From: a bacterium
GTDB lineage: Bacteria; Patescibacteriota; Dojkabacteria; B142; OLB20
Assembly (NCBI GenBank): GCA_021463645.1
Contig: JAJTYI010000002.1
Location: 12,080-76,079, forward strand
Reading direction: 5' to 3'
DNA: 64,000 nt
Shown here: in pieces, positions 1-9,986 of the stretch
Layout of the letters: each line of letters opens with the position of its first letter
How positions within the stretch are numbered: the stretch's first letter is position 1
The notes under the pieces: generated by a model
The model's input: only the letters and a program-made list of their open reading frames with translations
Database searches by the model: none
Told to the model about the DNA's origin: nothing
Translations under genes and position numbers: made by a program

Positions 1-1646
1 TTATAGCAATACTATTTCGTTTGATTAAACAACCTACTATCCTTGCTTATATATTTACTGGAGTTTTAATTACTGCACTTGGCTTATTTCCCGAATCAAA
101 TCAAGACGCACTCCACTCTCTCTCAAAAATTGGGATAACACTCCTGCTTTTTATGCTGGGTTTAGAAATCCAGATTTCCGAACTGCGGTCGGTCGGAAGA
201 ACCGCACTAATAACCGGCATTGGACAGATCGTCTTTACCTCTTCAATCGGTTTTGGGTTATGTGTTCTACTTGGTTTTAGTAATTTATCTGCACTTTATG
301 CCTCTATTGCACTAACTTTTTCGAGCACAATCGTAGTAGTTAAGCTTCTCTCAGACAAGAAAGACATAAACAGCTTGTACGGCAAGATCTCTATTGGATT
401 CTTACTTGTGCAAGACTTTTTCGCAATCATCGCCTTAATCATCCTCGCTTCAATTTCTGATATTAATAATTCTTTTTCAATAGTTACACTCGCGGAAATT
501 TTTATAAAAGTAATCGTACTTTTCGGAAGTATAATTTACTTAAGTAAATCCATATTTCCAAGAATTGTTCACACTATTTCAAACAATCAAGAAATCCTCC
601 TACTTGCAAGCATTGCGTGGGCACTTGGATTTGCCGCATTTGTAAGCTCACCTCTGATTGGTTTTTCTGTAGAAATCGGAGGATTCTTGGCAGGATTGGC
701 ACTTGCAAACTCCACTGAAAGCTTTCAAATTGTCACTAAAATCAAATCTATTCGTGATTTCTTTATCATGATATTTTTTGTATTACTTGGAATGGAGTTA
801 CAGTTCAGCAACATCTCAGAAGCAATTTTTCCTGCAGTTCTCTTATCAGTATTCGTACTAGTTGGAAATCCATTTATCGTTATGGTTCTCCTTGGCATCC
901 TAGGGTATACAAAAAGAGTTGGTTTCCTTTCAGGGCTTACTGTTGCACAAATTTCTGAATTTAGCTTAATAGTTATAATACTTGGAAACACTATCGGTCA
1001 TGTTCCTGACAAAGTTGTTTCTATTATAACGTTAGTAGGAATAATTACTTTCACTTTCTCTACGTACGCAATTATTAAAGGTAACGATCTATTCCTGAAA
1101 CTTGAGAAAATATTAGGAATATTTGAAAGAAAAAGTCTAAACAAAATTGGATCCTTGACCCCTGAGGAGCTTTCAAACCATGTAGTACTTGTAGGTGCCC
1201 ATCGAGTTGGAACGGCATTCCTCAAAGAAATGACATCATATAAAGAGAAACTTACAATTATTGATTTCAACCCAGATGTGGTGGAAAAATTTAGACGCAA
1301 AGGTTTTAACGTAATTTACGGAGATATAGCAGATATTGATATTCAAGAAAAAGCAAAAATTGAGAAAGCAAAGATGATAATCTCCTCTATCCCCGACCTT
1401 GAAGATACTATTTTGTTTTTAAGTAAAGTTAATAAATTAAAACCGAAACCGATTACTATTGTAGTATCTAGATATATTGAAGATAAAACATTCCTCAAAC
1501 AATCCGGAGCAGATTATGTAGTTCTGCCTTATGATATAATTGGGAAAGCACTCGCTAATACTGTCTCCACAAATTCATTCGATCTTCTAACTCAGACTAA
1601 AAAAGACATTAAACAAACCCTTACATCAAATTTAAATAATATTTAA
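1..1646 (+). CDS. Kef-type cation:proton antiporter (CPA2) with C-terminal TrkA-N/RCK domain; 5' end lies outside the window
   Basis: Frame of ORF 21..1646 stays open back to base 3 (..AILFRLIKQPTILAYIFTGVLI, typical first TM of Na+/H+ exchanger family). About 11 hydrophobic helices are followed by the Rossmann-type motif VVLVGAHRVG. Confidence 0.8.
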   Translation, partial: IAILFRLIKQPTILAYIFTGVLITALGLFPESNQDALHSLSKIGITLLLFMLGLEIQISELRSVGRTALITGIGQIVFTSSIGFGLCVLLGFSNLSALYASIALTFSSTIVVVKLLSDKKDINSLYGKISIGFLLVQDFFAIIALIILASISDINNSFSIVTLAEIFIKVIVLFGSIIYLSKSIFPRIVHTISNNQEILLLASIAWALGFAAFVSSPLIGFSVEIGGFLAGLALANSTESFQIVTKIKSIRDFFIMIFFVLLGMELQFSNISEAIFPAVLLSVFVLVGNPFIVMVLLGILGYTKRVGFLSGLTVAQISEFSLIVIILGNTIGHVPDKVVSIITLVGIITFTFSTYAIIKGNDLFLKLEKILGIFERKSLNKIGSLTPEELSNHVVLVGAHRVGTAFLKEMTSYKEKLTIIDFNPDVVEKFRRKGFNVIYGDIADIDIQEKAKIEKAKMIISSIPDLEDTILFLSKVNKLKPKPITIVVSRYIEDKTFLKQSGADYVVLPYDIIGKALANTVSTNSFDLLTQTKKDIKQTLTSNLNNI

Positions 1647-3157
1647 TGGATAAGAATCTATTCCAAAATAAAATAATCATTGAGCTTCTTGAAAAATACC
1701 AATCCATATGGGCATTAGATCACTTGAACAAATTAGCCACATGGGATGGTGAAGTATACATGCCCACAAAAGGTGCTAGATATAGAGGAAAAGCACTCGC
1801 AAAGTCTCAAACACTTATACAACAATTATTCCTCTCTAAAGAGTTTATAAATCTAATAGATTTAGCATCAAACGAGGATTTAAACGAATACGAAAAGTCA
1901 GTAATACGCGTACTAAATAGAGAGTTAGAAATATTCCAGAAACTACCGTCAAAATTTATCGAAAAGTTTGAAGAAACTGTCAGTGAATCCCAAATCGTTT
2001 GGAGAAATGCGAGAAAATTAGACGATTTCAACCTTTTTAAGCCCAATCTGGAAAAAATCGTTGAGCTCTCTAAACAAAAAGCAGAATATCTGGGTTATAA
2101 ATCTAACCCCTATGATGCGCTATTGGACACTTTTGAAGAAGGACTTACCGTCGAATTCCTGGAAGATTATTTCAAAAAAGTTACGGATACAGTGACAAAA
2201 TTACTTTTCTCGCTCAAAAATAATCCCAATTATCCGAAAAAGGACCGGATTTCATCATTAAAATATGATATTGATAGAGCGAAAAAGTTAAACGAATCAA
2301 TTCTAGAATTCCTTCAATATGATAACCAAAAGCTTAGACTGGATATCTCATCACACCCGTTTAGCGAAGGTTTATCAACACAGGATTCTAGAATCACGAC
2401 CAGATACGAAGGTTTTGACATTGCTAGAACAGTTACCTCAACAATACATGAATTTGGTCATGCACTTTACTTTTTGCAACATAATGATGAAATAAACACT
2501 ACTCCACTTTACACAAATTACAGTCTAGCTCTTCACGAAAGCCAGTCAAGGTTTTTTGAGAATCATATAGGTAGATCACATGCTTTCTTTGTTGAGAACT
2601 TATCGAAGTTTCATAAATTGGGTAGTGAATATGAAAAATTTAACGCAGATGATTACTATACTTATTTCAATCAAGTACAACCTAGTTTAATCAGAGTCGA
2701 AGCTGACGAAGTAACTTACCACGCACACATTTATATACGTTATAAAATTGAAAAAGCTTTGATAAATGACGAGATCAAGGTTGAAGATGTTCCAACTACT
2801 TGGAATGAAATGTATCGAGACATTCTGGGAATTTTACCGAAAAATGATACCGAAGGCTGTTTGCAAGACATACATTGGAGCATGGGAGCCATTGGGTATT
2901 TCCCTACATATTCACTAGGTACCGTTTTTGCAAGTCAGATTTCAAGTAAGTTAGAAAAAGAGCTATCTCCAATAAGCGAACTTCTTCCTTCTTCAGTTGG
3001 TGTAAAGAAAATTAATAATTGGTTAGCAGAAAACATTCATCAATATGGTGCGACTTATACTTTTGGACAGATTTCAAATCGATTGACTGGTAGTGAATTG
3101 GATACTAAATATTGGAGTGACTATTTGAATGAAAAGTACAATAAAATCTATAGTTAA
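1646..3157 (+). CDS. M32 metallocarboxypeptidase (carboxypeptidase Taq family)
   Basis: HEFGHALY zinc motif, HESQS, and DIHWSMGAIGYFPTYSLG. The ATG overlaps the upstream TAA (TAATG). Confidence 0.85.
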   Translation: MDKNLFQNKIIIELLEKYQSIWALDHLNKLATWDGEVYMPTKGARYRGKALAKSQTLIQQLFLSKEFINLIDLASNEDLNEYEKSVIRVLNRELEIFQKLPSKFIEKFEETVSESQIVWRNARKLDDFNLFKPNLEKIVELSKQKAEYLGYKSNPYDALLDTFEEGLTVEFLEDYFKKVTDTVTKLLFSLKNNPNYPKKDRISSLKYDIDRAKKLNESILEFLQYDNQKLRLDISSHPFSEGLSTQDSRITTRYEGFDIARTVTSTIHEFGHALYFLQHNDEINTTPLYTNYSLALHESQSRFFENHIGRSHAFFVENLSKFHKLGSEYEKFNADDYYTYFNQVQPSLIRVEADEVTYHAHIYIRYKIEKALINDEIKVEDVPTTWNEMYRDILGILPKNDTEGCLQDIHWSMGAIGYFPTYSLGTVFASQISSKLEKELSPISELLPSSVGVKKINNWLAENIHQYGATYTFGQISNRLTGSELDTKYWSDYLNEKYNKIYS

Positions 3158-3195
3158 TTTTGTATAATATAAATATACAATACCATTCTAAAATC

Positions 3196-4089
3196 ATGGA
3201 TAAAAGACCAACTACCAAATTATTTCTAGATAGTGGAAATCCTACAGATACCCAGAAAGCTATTGATTTACTTGGATATCTGGATGGACAAACCACAAAT
3301 CCCTCATTAGTTGCACAGAATCCAGAGATAAACATGAAATTAACAAATGGAACTCGCCTTTCAGAAAATGAGTTGTTAGAGGAATATAGAAAGATTATTC
3401 AAGATATTAAGAAAATCATACCTGAAGGATCAATTTCTATAGAGGTTTATGCAGATTTGGAAACAAAGAGTGAACAAATGATTAAACAGGCTTTGGAATT
3501 TAATGAATGGATTGAAAATGCTCATATTAAGTTACCTACAAATAAAGAAGGCCTAATTGCAGCGAGGGAATTATCTATAAGTGGGGTAAACTTAAATATG
3601 ACACTCTGTTTCAGTCAACAACAAGCTGCTGCTGTATATTCTGCAACAAAAGTCGCTTCTAGTTCCTCCGTTTATGTGTCCCCTTTTATAGGAAGGTTAG
3701 ATGATATTGGTCTTCAAGGTGTAGATTTAATAGCAAATATCAAACAAATGTATGAAAATAGCGATCATCATGTGGAGTTATTAGCCGCTAGTGTCAGAAA
3801 TATAAAGCAATTCTTATACTGCTTGTATCTTCAGGTCGATATTATCACAGCACCTCTTAAAGTCTACGAGGAATGGGCAAAACTTAACAAAACACTACCT
3901 GGTATTGATCTTGATCCTGCACAGTTTATGGACATGGGGGAATACCTCGATACGAAACACCTACAACAGATGCAATATGAGGAAGTAGATTTAAATAAAA
4001 GTCCAGAACTCTATGAAATTAGTCATGAATTAACAACCAAAGGAATCGTAAAATTTGCCCAAGATTGGAATGCCTTATTGGGGAAATAG
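3196..4089 (+). CDS. Transaldolase / fructose-6-phosphate aldolase family protein
   Basis: KLFLDSGNP..LDGQTTNPSL N-terminal motif and HIKLPTNKEGL (Schiff-base Lys region). Start moved to ATG 3196 (MDKRPTT..). Confidence 0.75.
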   Translation: MDKRPTTKLFLDSGNPTDTQKAIDLLGYLDGQTTNPSLVAQNPEINMKLTNGTRLSENELLEEYRKIIQDIKKIIPEGSISIEVYADLETKSEQMIKQALEFNEWIENAHIKLPTNKEGLIAARELSISGVNLNMTLCFSQQQAAAVYSATKVASSSSVYVSPFIGRLDDIGLQGVDLIANIKQMYENSDHHVELLAASVRNIKQFLYCLYLQVDIITAPLKVYEEWAKLNKTLPGIDLDPAQFMDMGEYLDTKHLQQMQYEEVDLNKSPELYEISHELTTKGIVKFAQDWNALLGK

Positions 4090-4170
4090 ATTCAGAACAC
4101 CAAATTGATAAATCCGCGACTTTGTGCGAAACTTGGCTATAATTTACTCTTTATTTGATTAATTATTCCA

Positions 4171-5418
4171 ATGATTAAATATATCCCACATCAAGAGCCA
4201 TCAGAACAAGTAAGCGATTTAAATCTTTTCGATTTTATTGACTACTTAGAATCCTGCAAAAGACGTCCCAGTTTTGATCAAGAAGAAGATTTAATATTTT
4301 TACCGGACCATAAAAGCGACTTACCGAAATTAGAAAATTATTTACAACAGTTCTCCGATATTGGCTTCGACTTCATAATTTTTGTAGGTATTGGAGGTGC
4401 AAACTTAGGTGTTCAGACCGTTTACGATGCATTAACTCCTGAAAAAGAGATGATTTTCTTTGAGAATATTGACCCAGACCAAAACGAGAACCTACTAAAA
4501 ATTGTTAAAAAGAAGTATATCTCTGGACAAAAAGCATTGATGATTACTGCCTCCAAATCTGGAGCAACTACTGAAACTATGTCCAATTTTTCTTATGTAC
4601 TTAACGTTTTCCAAAGCATTGAGCCTAACTGGAAAGAACGTTCAATTGTAACTACTGTTGAAGGTTCAAATTTAGATAAAATTGCAAAAAAGCTTTCATT
4701 AAAAATTATTTATACTCACGAATTACTAGTTGATCGATATTCAGTTTTTGGATTGGGAAGTTTATTTGCACTTACAGCATGTGGTGTTGACACATCGTCT
4801 TTACTAAACGGAGCAAAGGAAATTAATGAAAATTTATTGTTAAAAGATTTCATAAATAATCCTGCATTGAACCTAGCATTGACACTTTTCTCACAAGCTG
4901 AAAAAGGAGAAAATATTTATAACAGCTTCATATTCTCTAGTAAGCTGGCAACATTTGGACGATGGTTTAGGCAACTTCTTGCAGAGAGTCTTGGTAAAGA
5001 GGGCAAAGGTATTACTCCGATTTACTCTGTGGGAACGGTCGATTTGCACTCCATGACACAGCTCTATCTTGATGGACCTAGAAATGTTTTTACAACATTT
5101 ATTTCTTTGGAACAATTTGAAAATAATGATGTATGCGACCCCCAGAATTACCTAGAAAACACCGAAATGAGTAAAATTAGTAATAAAACTCAGTCAGAAT
5201 TAATGACAATTGTCTTTAATGCCGTAAAAAAAGCTTATACAAAACAAGAACTTTCATTCAATGAAATTACTCTGCCGAAACTTGATGCATATCACATTGG
5301 ACAACTATTACAGATTGGCATGTTGACAACAATATTTCTGGGTAAATTAATGAATGTGAATCCATTCAATCAAGATGCTGTTGAGCTCTATAAAGAAGAA
5401 ATCAGAAATCAGCTTTGA
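4171..5418 (+). CDS. pgi: Glucose-6-phosphate isomerase (short bacterial/archaeal type)
   Basis: SIS-domain motifs GIGGANLG and ITASKSGATTET; length about 415 aa; ends in TGA. Confidence 0.8.
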   Translation: MIKYIPHQEPSEQVSDLNLFDFIDYLESCKRRPSFDQEEDLIFLPDHKSDLPKLENYLQQFSDIGFDFIIFVGIGGANLGVQTVYDALTPEKEMIFFENIDPDQNENLLKIVKKKYISGQKALMITASKSGATTETMSNFSYVLNVFQSIEPNWKERSIVTTVEGSNLDKIAKKLSLKIIYTHELLVDRYSVFGLGSLFALTACGVDTSSLLNGAKEINENLLLKDFINNPALNLALTLFSQAEKGENIYNSFIFSSKLATFGRWFRQLLAESLGKEGKGITPIYSVGTVDLHSMTQLYLDGPRNVFTTFISLEQFENNDVCDPQNYLENTEMSKISNKTQSELMTIVFNAVKKAYTKQELSFNEITLPKLDAYHIGQLLQIGMLTTIFLGKLMNVNPFNQDAVELYKEEIRNQL

Positions 5419-5921
5419 TGTAGTTTAAAATACTCTTTAATTGTATTGCTTACACTTGGGAATTTGATGTCTCCATAAGGCACTTCATCCTCACCAAAGA
5501 ACTTGGTCTCAGTAATGTCGTCATCCGGTTTGAAATCGAATGAGTCAACCTCCACAAGGAAGTTGACTACAATTATATTGTCCACAATACCGTCATACTC
5601 ATAGTAGTCAAATTGACTATTGAAGTATTTAATAGAAGTAGCTTTGACTCCCATTTCTTCAAATATTTCTCTCGTGATTGATTGTTCAAATGTCTCACCT
5701 GGTTCTGTGAACCCACCAGGTATATCCCAGCTACCTTTTGCTGGTTCGTGAGCTCTTCTTGTCAAAAGAAATTTATGATCTCTAATAATAATGGCACCAG
5801 TTGCTGGTGACGGATTGATAAACTTGCGAGTACCACACTTCTTACATTTCCTAAAATTTTTCTCTCCAGTAGACTCTCCTCCACAAACTATGCAGAACTT
5901 AGTTGCTTCAAAAATTGTCAT
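5409..5921 (-). CDS. Nudix hydrolase with N-terminal zinc ribbon
   Basis: Nudix box GGFTEPGETFEQSITREIFEEMG; N-terminal CIVCGG..CKKCG. Confidence 0.8.
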   Translation of the reverse strand: MTIFEATKFCIVCGGESTGEKNFRKCKKCGTRKFINPSPATGAIIIRDHKFLLTRRAHEPAKGSWDIPGGFTEPGETFEQSITREIFEEMGVKATSIKYFNSQFDYYEYDGIVDNIIVVNFLVEVDSFDFKPDDDITETKFFGEDEVPYGDIKFPSVSNTIKEYFKLHQS

Positions 5922-5924
5922 CTA

Positions 5925-6536
5925 TTAAATTTTGTTGAAAATATTAGATACTTCCTCCCAATTCAAAACTTTCCAAAAAGCGTCAAGGTAATCAGGACGT
6001 TTATTTTGATATTTTAGATAGTATGCATGCTCCCAAACATCTACACCTAACAATGGTTTGTAACCATACATTAAAGGAGAGTTTTGATTTGGTGTAGAAA
6101 CTGCCTCAAGTTTTGATTCTTTGTTCAAAACCAACCAACCCCAGCCAGAGCCAAAGTGTGTGCTAGCTGCGTCCGTTACTGCCTTAATACATTCTTCTAC
6201 TGACCCGAAATCTTCTTCAATTTTGGATTTTAGTTCTTTTGAAATGTTATCACTACCAGCAGGTGTTAGGATTTTCCAAAAAAAAGAGTGATTGTGGTGT
6301 CCACCACCATGGTTTCGAACTGCGTCTTTTTTGCCCTCTGGAGCATCTTCCCAGTTGGCAACTATCTCGTCAAGACTTTTACCATCAAACCAACTTTCTC
6401 CTTCCATTGCAGCATTTAGTTTATCTACATAGGTCTGATGATGCTTTGTATGATGAATTTCCATAGTCTTCGCATCAATATAGGGCTCTAATGCTCCGTA
6501 ATCATAATCTAGTTTTGGTAACTCGAATTTCGTCAT
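5925..6536 (-). CDS. Fe/Mn superoxide dismutase
   Basis: HHTKHH near the N-terminus and the DVWEHAYYLKYQNKRPDY signature. Confidence 0.9.
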   Translation of the reverse strand: MTKFELPKLDYDYGALEPYIDAKTMEIHHTKHHQTYVDKLNAAMEGESWFDGKSLDEIVANWEDAPEGKKDAVRNHGGGHHNHSFFWKILTPAGSDNISKELKSKIEEDFGSVEECIKAVTDAASTHFGSGWGWLVLNKESKLEAVSTPNQNSPLMYGYKPLLGVDVWEHAYYLKYQNKRPDYLDAFWKVLNWEEVSNIFNKI

Positions 6537-6560
6537 TTTTTTAAATTAATAATTAAAATA

Positions 6561-7097
6561 TTAGTTTCTTATCCATTCAAGATAATTATCTATAAATGAA
6601 TCAACTTTTGTTTTAAGTCCATCATCAATTATTTCACCCTTTTCATTGAATACGTCGTAGGCTTTTGAAACAGGTAAACGATGATGAGCATCTACTTTGA
6701 AACCTACTACTACGGCTATTTGTAGCAATTCATGTTGTGCTCTGACAGTTCCAAATCCACCATCCGTTACCCCAGTTATCCCGAGTGGTTTATTCAAAAT
6801 ATAAGGTTTGGAATACTTTCTGCTTAGCCAATGAATTACATTGCGTATAGGTGCCGGTAAAGAGTTGTTGTACTCTGGAGTGATAATTATTATTCCATCA
6901 GAACTTTTTATTAAATCAATCAGATTAGTGATTGCTTCAGGCAGGTTATCCTCAAGATCTTCGTTAAACATGGGCACATCATTTATTTCAAAAATTTCGA
7001 ATTCTGCTTTATGAGATTGTGAATTCTTGATGTGAATTGCAAGGGACTTGTTAAATGATTTTTGACGCAAACTACCTGGTATTAGTAATACTTTCAT
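6561..7097 (-). CDS. NADPH-dependent FMN reductase family protein
   Basis: MKVLLIPGSLRQKSFN and IIITPEYNNSLPAPIRN, typical of the flavodoxin-like FMN reductase fold. Confidence 0.75.
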   Translation of the reverse strand: MKVLLIPGSLRQKSFNKSLAIHIKNSQSHKAEFEIFEINDVPMFNEDLEDNLPEAITNLIDLIKSSDGIIIITPEYNNSLPAPIRNVIHWLSRKYSKPYILNKPLGITGVTDGGFGTVRAQHELLQIAVVVGFKVDAHHRLPVSKAYDVFNEKGEIIDDGLKTKVDSFIDNYLEWIRN

Positions 7098-7141
7098 TAA
7101 TATTTTCTCCGATTTGTGAAATTAAGGTACTAATATTATAC

Positions 7142-7753
7142 CTAAAAAAGCTTACGATATCCTAATTCAACCGACAAGTTGTTTATGTCTTGCCTAGCTT
7201 GTTGAACATATGTACCCCATTTGTCACAGTGCTGACCACAGTAATAATATTGTGCATAAACGGGATCATTGAAAAACTCAGTTTTATAGAAAGGGATAGT
7301 CATCAGCTTCTGAGTTACGTGATCTATCGCAGTTGGATAGTCCTTGAAAACAACCCTATTCTCACCAGCACCTCCCCAACCCCAGCAATTTTTTTGTCTA
7401 TCTGATGCCGCTAGAGTACAATTGCGAGTTTCGATATATCCAATAGCAGGTAACAATGTACAATCTTCAGGTGCACCATATCTTTCACATGCTTTCAGAA
7501 AATCTTTGCCGTAGCCTTGGAGTGGAGAACCACCTCTTTCAAAATATGTATCGAACACTTTTATCCTGAAATCATAATCATTATTCACTATCACTTTGCC
7601 TTCAGTCTGAGTTTGAGAAAATCTTTTATTTACTTTGATTGAATACTTATTAACCTTTTGAGCTTCAACCGAATCATGTGAGGGAAAGATTACGAAAAAC
7701 AAGCCAAAAAGCATGAATCCTAGAATTACGATTTTCTTATAATTATTTTTCAT
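7142..7753 (-). CDS. Membrane-anchored secreted protein, unknown function (weak resemblance to muramidase/glucosaminidase-type wall enzymes)
   Basis: Start moved to ATG 7753 (MKNNYKKIVILGFMLFGLFFVIF signal/anchor) to avoid overlap with the TPR gene. Cys-rich ectodomain. No firm motif. Confidence 0.45.
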   Translation of the reverse strand: MKNNYKKIVILGFMLFGLFFVIFPSHDSVEAQKVNKYSIKVNKRFSQTQTEGKVIVNNDYDFRIKVFDTYFERGGSPLQGYGKDFLKACERYGAPEDCTLLPAIGYIETRNCTLAASDRQKNCWGWGGAGENRVVFKDYPTAIDHVTQKLMTIPFYKTEFFNDPVYAQYYYCGQHCDKWGTYVQQARQDINNLSVELGYRKLF

Positions 7754-7760
7754 AAATAAT

Positions 7761-9140
7761 TTATTGTTCTTCAATAAGTTTTGTGACATCACCTCGTAAA
7801 TCGAGTTCAATCGCTCTTTCAAATGCTATATCAGCTTCGGAAACCCTACCCATATCTTTCATCATTAATCCTTTATAATAATGAATGATAGCAATTGTAT
7901 TGTCAATATTCTCAGCTTCCGCGATTCTATCCATGCCCTCTTGTTTTCTATCGAGTTTGTAACTTGTGAAAGCATCAAAGGCCTTGAGCTTAGCTTTTTC
8001 AGCTGAAGTCAGATTTTCACTATTAAATTCTTTAATAATTAAGTCCGCTTGATTATATTTCTCTAATCTAATCAGTGAGTCTAAATATATAATTTGGGCA
8101 CTTGCCTGAACTTCAATGCTTTTGGAAAATGTTGTGTAAAAACTTTCAATTTTCTCAAATTTGCCGAAATCATAATATATCTGTTGAATGGTATTGAATT
8201 GATTTGGTGTTAAGTTCAACCCTTCTTTTGCAAGTAACTCCTCAATTAGCGCAATCATGTTATCTTCCTCCCCTTTCATACTTAAAACCTGAGCATGAAA
8301 TATGTATGAGTCGATATTTTCGGGATTTAATTCTCTGACTTTAAGAAAATTTTCAATAGCTTTATCGTATTGTGATGTATGTAGATTAACTAAACCTTGA
8401 TAGACATAAGCTGTTTCATAGAAAGGATTATCGTTTAGTACTTTTGTAATAGGAAGTTGTGCTGTTTCATACCATCCATAATTTAACAATATGTAAATAA
8501 TTTCACTTCGATTATGAATTGTTTTTGCATTTTCGTATGCAGTTAACGCCATCCTCAATTCAACAGAAAGATCTGTATTTTCCTCATCGACAGTATTACT
8601 TTGAACTATTAACCTGGAAGCCTCTTTAGTATCATCAAGTAAGTAGATTGCTTTCATAATGTATATTTCACTATCAAAGGTTCCTAAATCAAGTTGATCA
8701 TAGTAATTTTTTAATCCCTCGTTATTATTAGTCAGAGACAGTATGTTAATTTTGCCTTTAATTGCAGTTTTATCAGATGGTTCTTTCAATAAAGAAGTCT
8801 CAAACCACTTTAAAGATTCGTCAAATTCTCCTCGTGTCAGATATATCTGTCCTAGAGAATTGGAAATCGAAATTGATGCATTAGCATCAAAACCTTTCTT
8901 AAGTGTTTCTATAGATTTGTCGATATCACCTTTCTTTGAATATACTTCAGCAGCTGATAAGTAATTCTTCTCTTCAGATGGAGTGCTTATAATCCCTGAT
9001 TGAAATTCTGAGAGAGCTTCATCATATTCAAAAGTATCTAAGTAGTTTTGACCTTTTTCAAAGTGATTTACCTCTTCATTAGACTTCGTACATCCTACTA
9101 AAAGAATGACAGATAGAAATATGATAATTATTTTAAACAT
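7761..9140 (-). CDS. TPR-repeat lipoprotein
   Basis: Start moved to ATG 9140: MFKIIIIFLSVILLVGC has a lipobox (LVGC). The remainder is repeated 34-aa TPR-like helices. Confidence 0.7.
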   Translation of the reverse strand: MFKIIIIFLSVILLVGCTKSNEEVNHFEKGQNYLDTFEYDEALSEFQSGIISTPSEEKNYLSAAEVYSKKGDIDKSIETLKKGFDANASISISNSLGQIYLTRGEFDESLKWFETSLLKEPSDKTAIKGKINILSLTNNNEGLKNYYDQLDLGTFDSEIYIMKAIYLLDDTKEASRLIVQSNTVDEENTDLSVELRMALTAYENAKTIHNRSEIIYILLNYGWYETAQLPITKVLNDNPFYETAYVYQGLVNLHTSQYDKAIENFLKVRELNPENIDSYIFHAQVLSMKGEEDNMIALIEELLAKEGLNLTPNQFNTIQQIYYDFGKFEKIESFYTTFSKSIEVQASAQIIYLDSLIRLEKYNQADLIIKEFNSENLTSAEKAKLKAFDAFTSYKLDRKQEGMDRIAEAENIDNTIAIIHYYKGLMMKDMGRVSEADIAFERAIELDLRGDVTKLIEEQ

Positions 9141-9141
9141 T

Positions 9142-9936
9142 CTAATTTGATCCAGAATTAAATATTTGACCAACTTTATGTGTATCAATCCCAATGTAAT
9201 ACATGGGATCAAGAGGTGGAGGTGGACTCTTTTTACCTGACAAATCGTATACTCCAAAATGTAAATGAATTACTCGATTTTCAGGTGCAAAAGAACTTTT
9301 ATGCCCCTGATATCCTACAAATTCACCTTTCTCTAACCTTTGCCCTACTTTCAATTTATGAAATGATTCACCAGTCTCTCCATCACCCAAATGGGAATAT
9401 AATATTTTAACATTTAATGAAGGGACTGTATCTTTAAACGTATCTGAAATACGATCACAAATTATTTCAATCTCCTCATTTGGCTCTTTATAATGAGAAA
9501 CGACCCCTGAGCAGGCTGAAAAAACTTCATATCCGTGCTTCTTGCCAGGAAGGCCACTTCCATTCTGGTTTGTCCAAATATCAATACCAGGATGAATATC
9601 AGGGAGATAAAGAAAATTTCCGTGACCAGCGATACCATTTGTGGGAACAATCATAGGATACTTAAGTTCTTCTGAGGTATAATTTTTCGGTGAGGAGATT
9701 ATTAAGTCTCCATTGATTATAGATGTTATATCGTTTGGGAAGCCCAGAAAATTCATATCATGTGCATAAACCTCACTGGGAAGAATAATAGATATGGCTC
9801 TTCCAATCAAGACGTTAATTGAATCCACAGTATTACCAGGTCCTAAAAGCACAATGGAATATACCAAAGATAGACACAATCCGAAGATAATGATGGTATT
9901 TGCTAATAGGAATTTTTGCATATTAAAATATATCAA
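9142..9936 (-). CDS. M23 family metallopeptidase (peptidoglycan endopeptidase-like)
   Basis: N-terminal TM, HPGIDIW (HxxxD) and IHLHFGVY (HxH) motifs. Confidence 0.75.
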   Translation of the reverse strand: MIYFNMQKFLLANTIIIFGLCLSLVYSIVLLGPGNTVDSINVLIGRAISIILPSEVYAHDMNFLGFPNDITSIINGDLIISSPKNYTSEELKYPMIVPTNGIAGHGNFLYLPDIHPGIDIWTNQNGSGLPGKKHGYEVFSACSGVVSHYKEPNEEIEIICDRISDTFKDTVPSLNVKILYSHLGDGETGESFHKLKVGQRLEKGEFVGYQGHKSSFAPENRVIHLHFGVYDLSGKKSPPPPLDPMYYIGIDTHKVGQIFNSGSN

Positions 9937-9986
9937 GATTTAAATAAGAAGAGAAATAATTCGATTTACTGTATAATTGCTCCAAT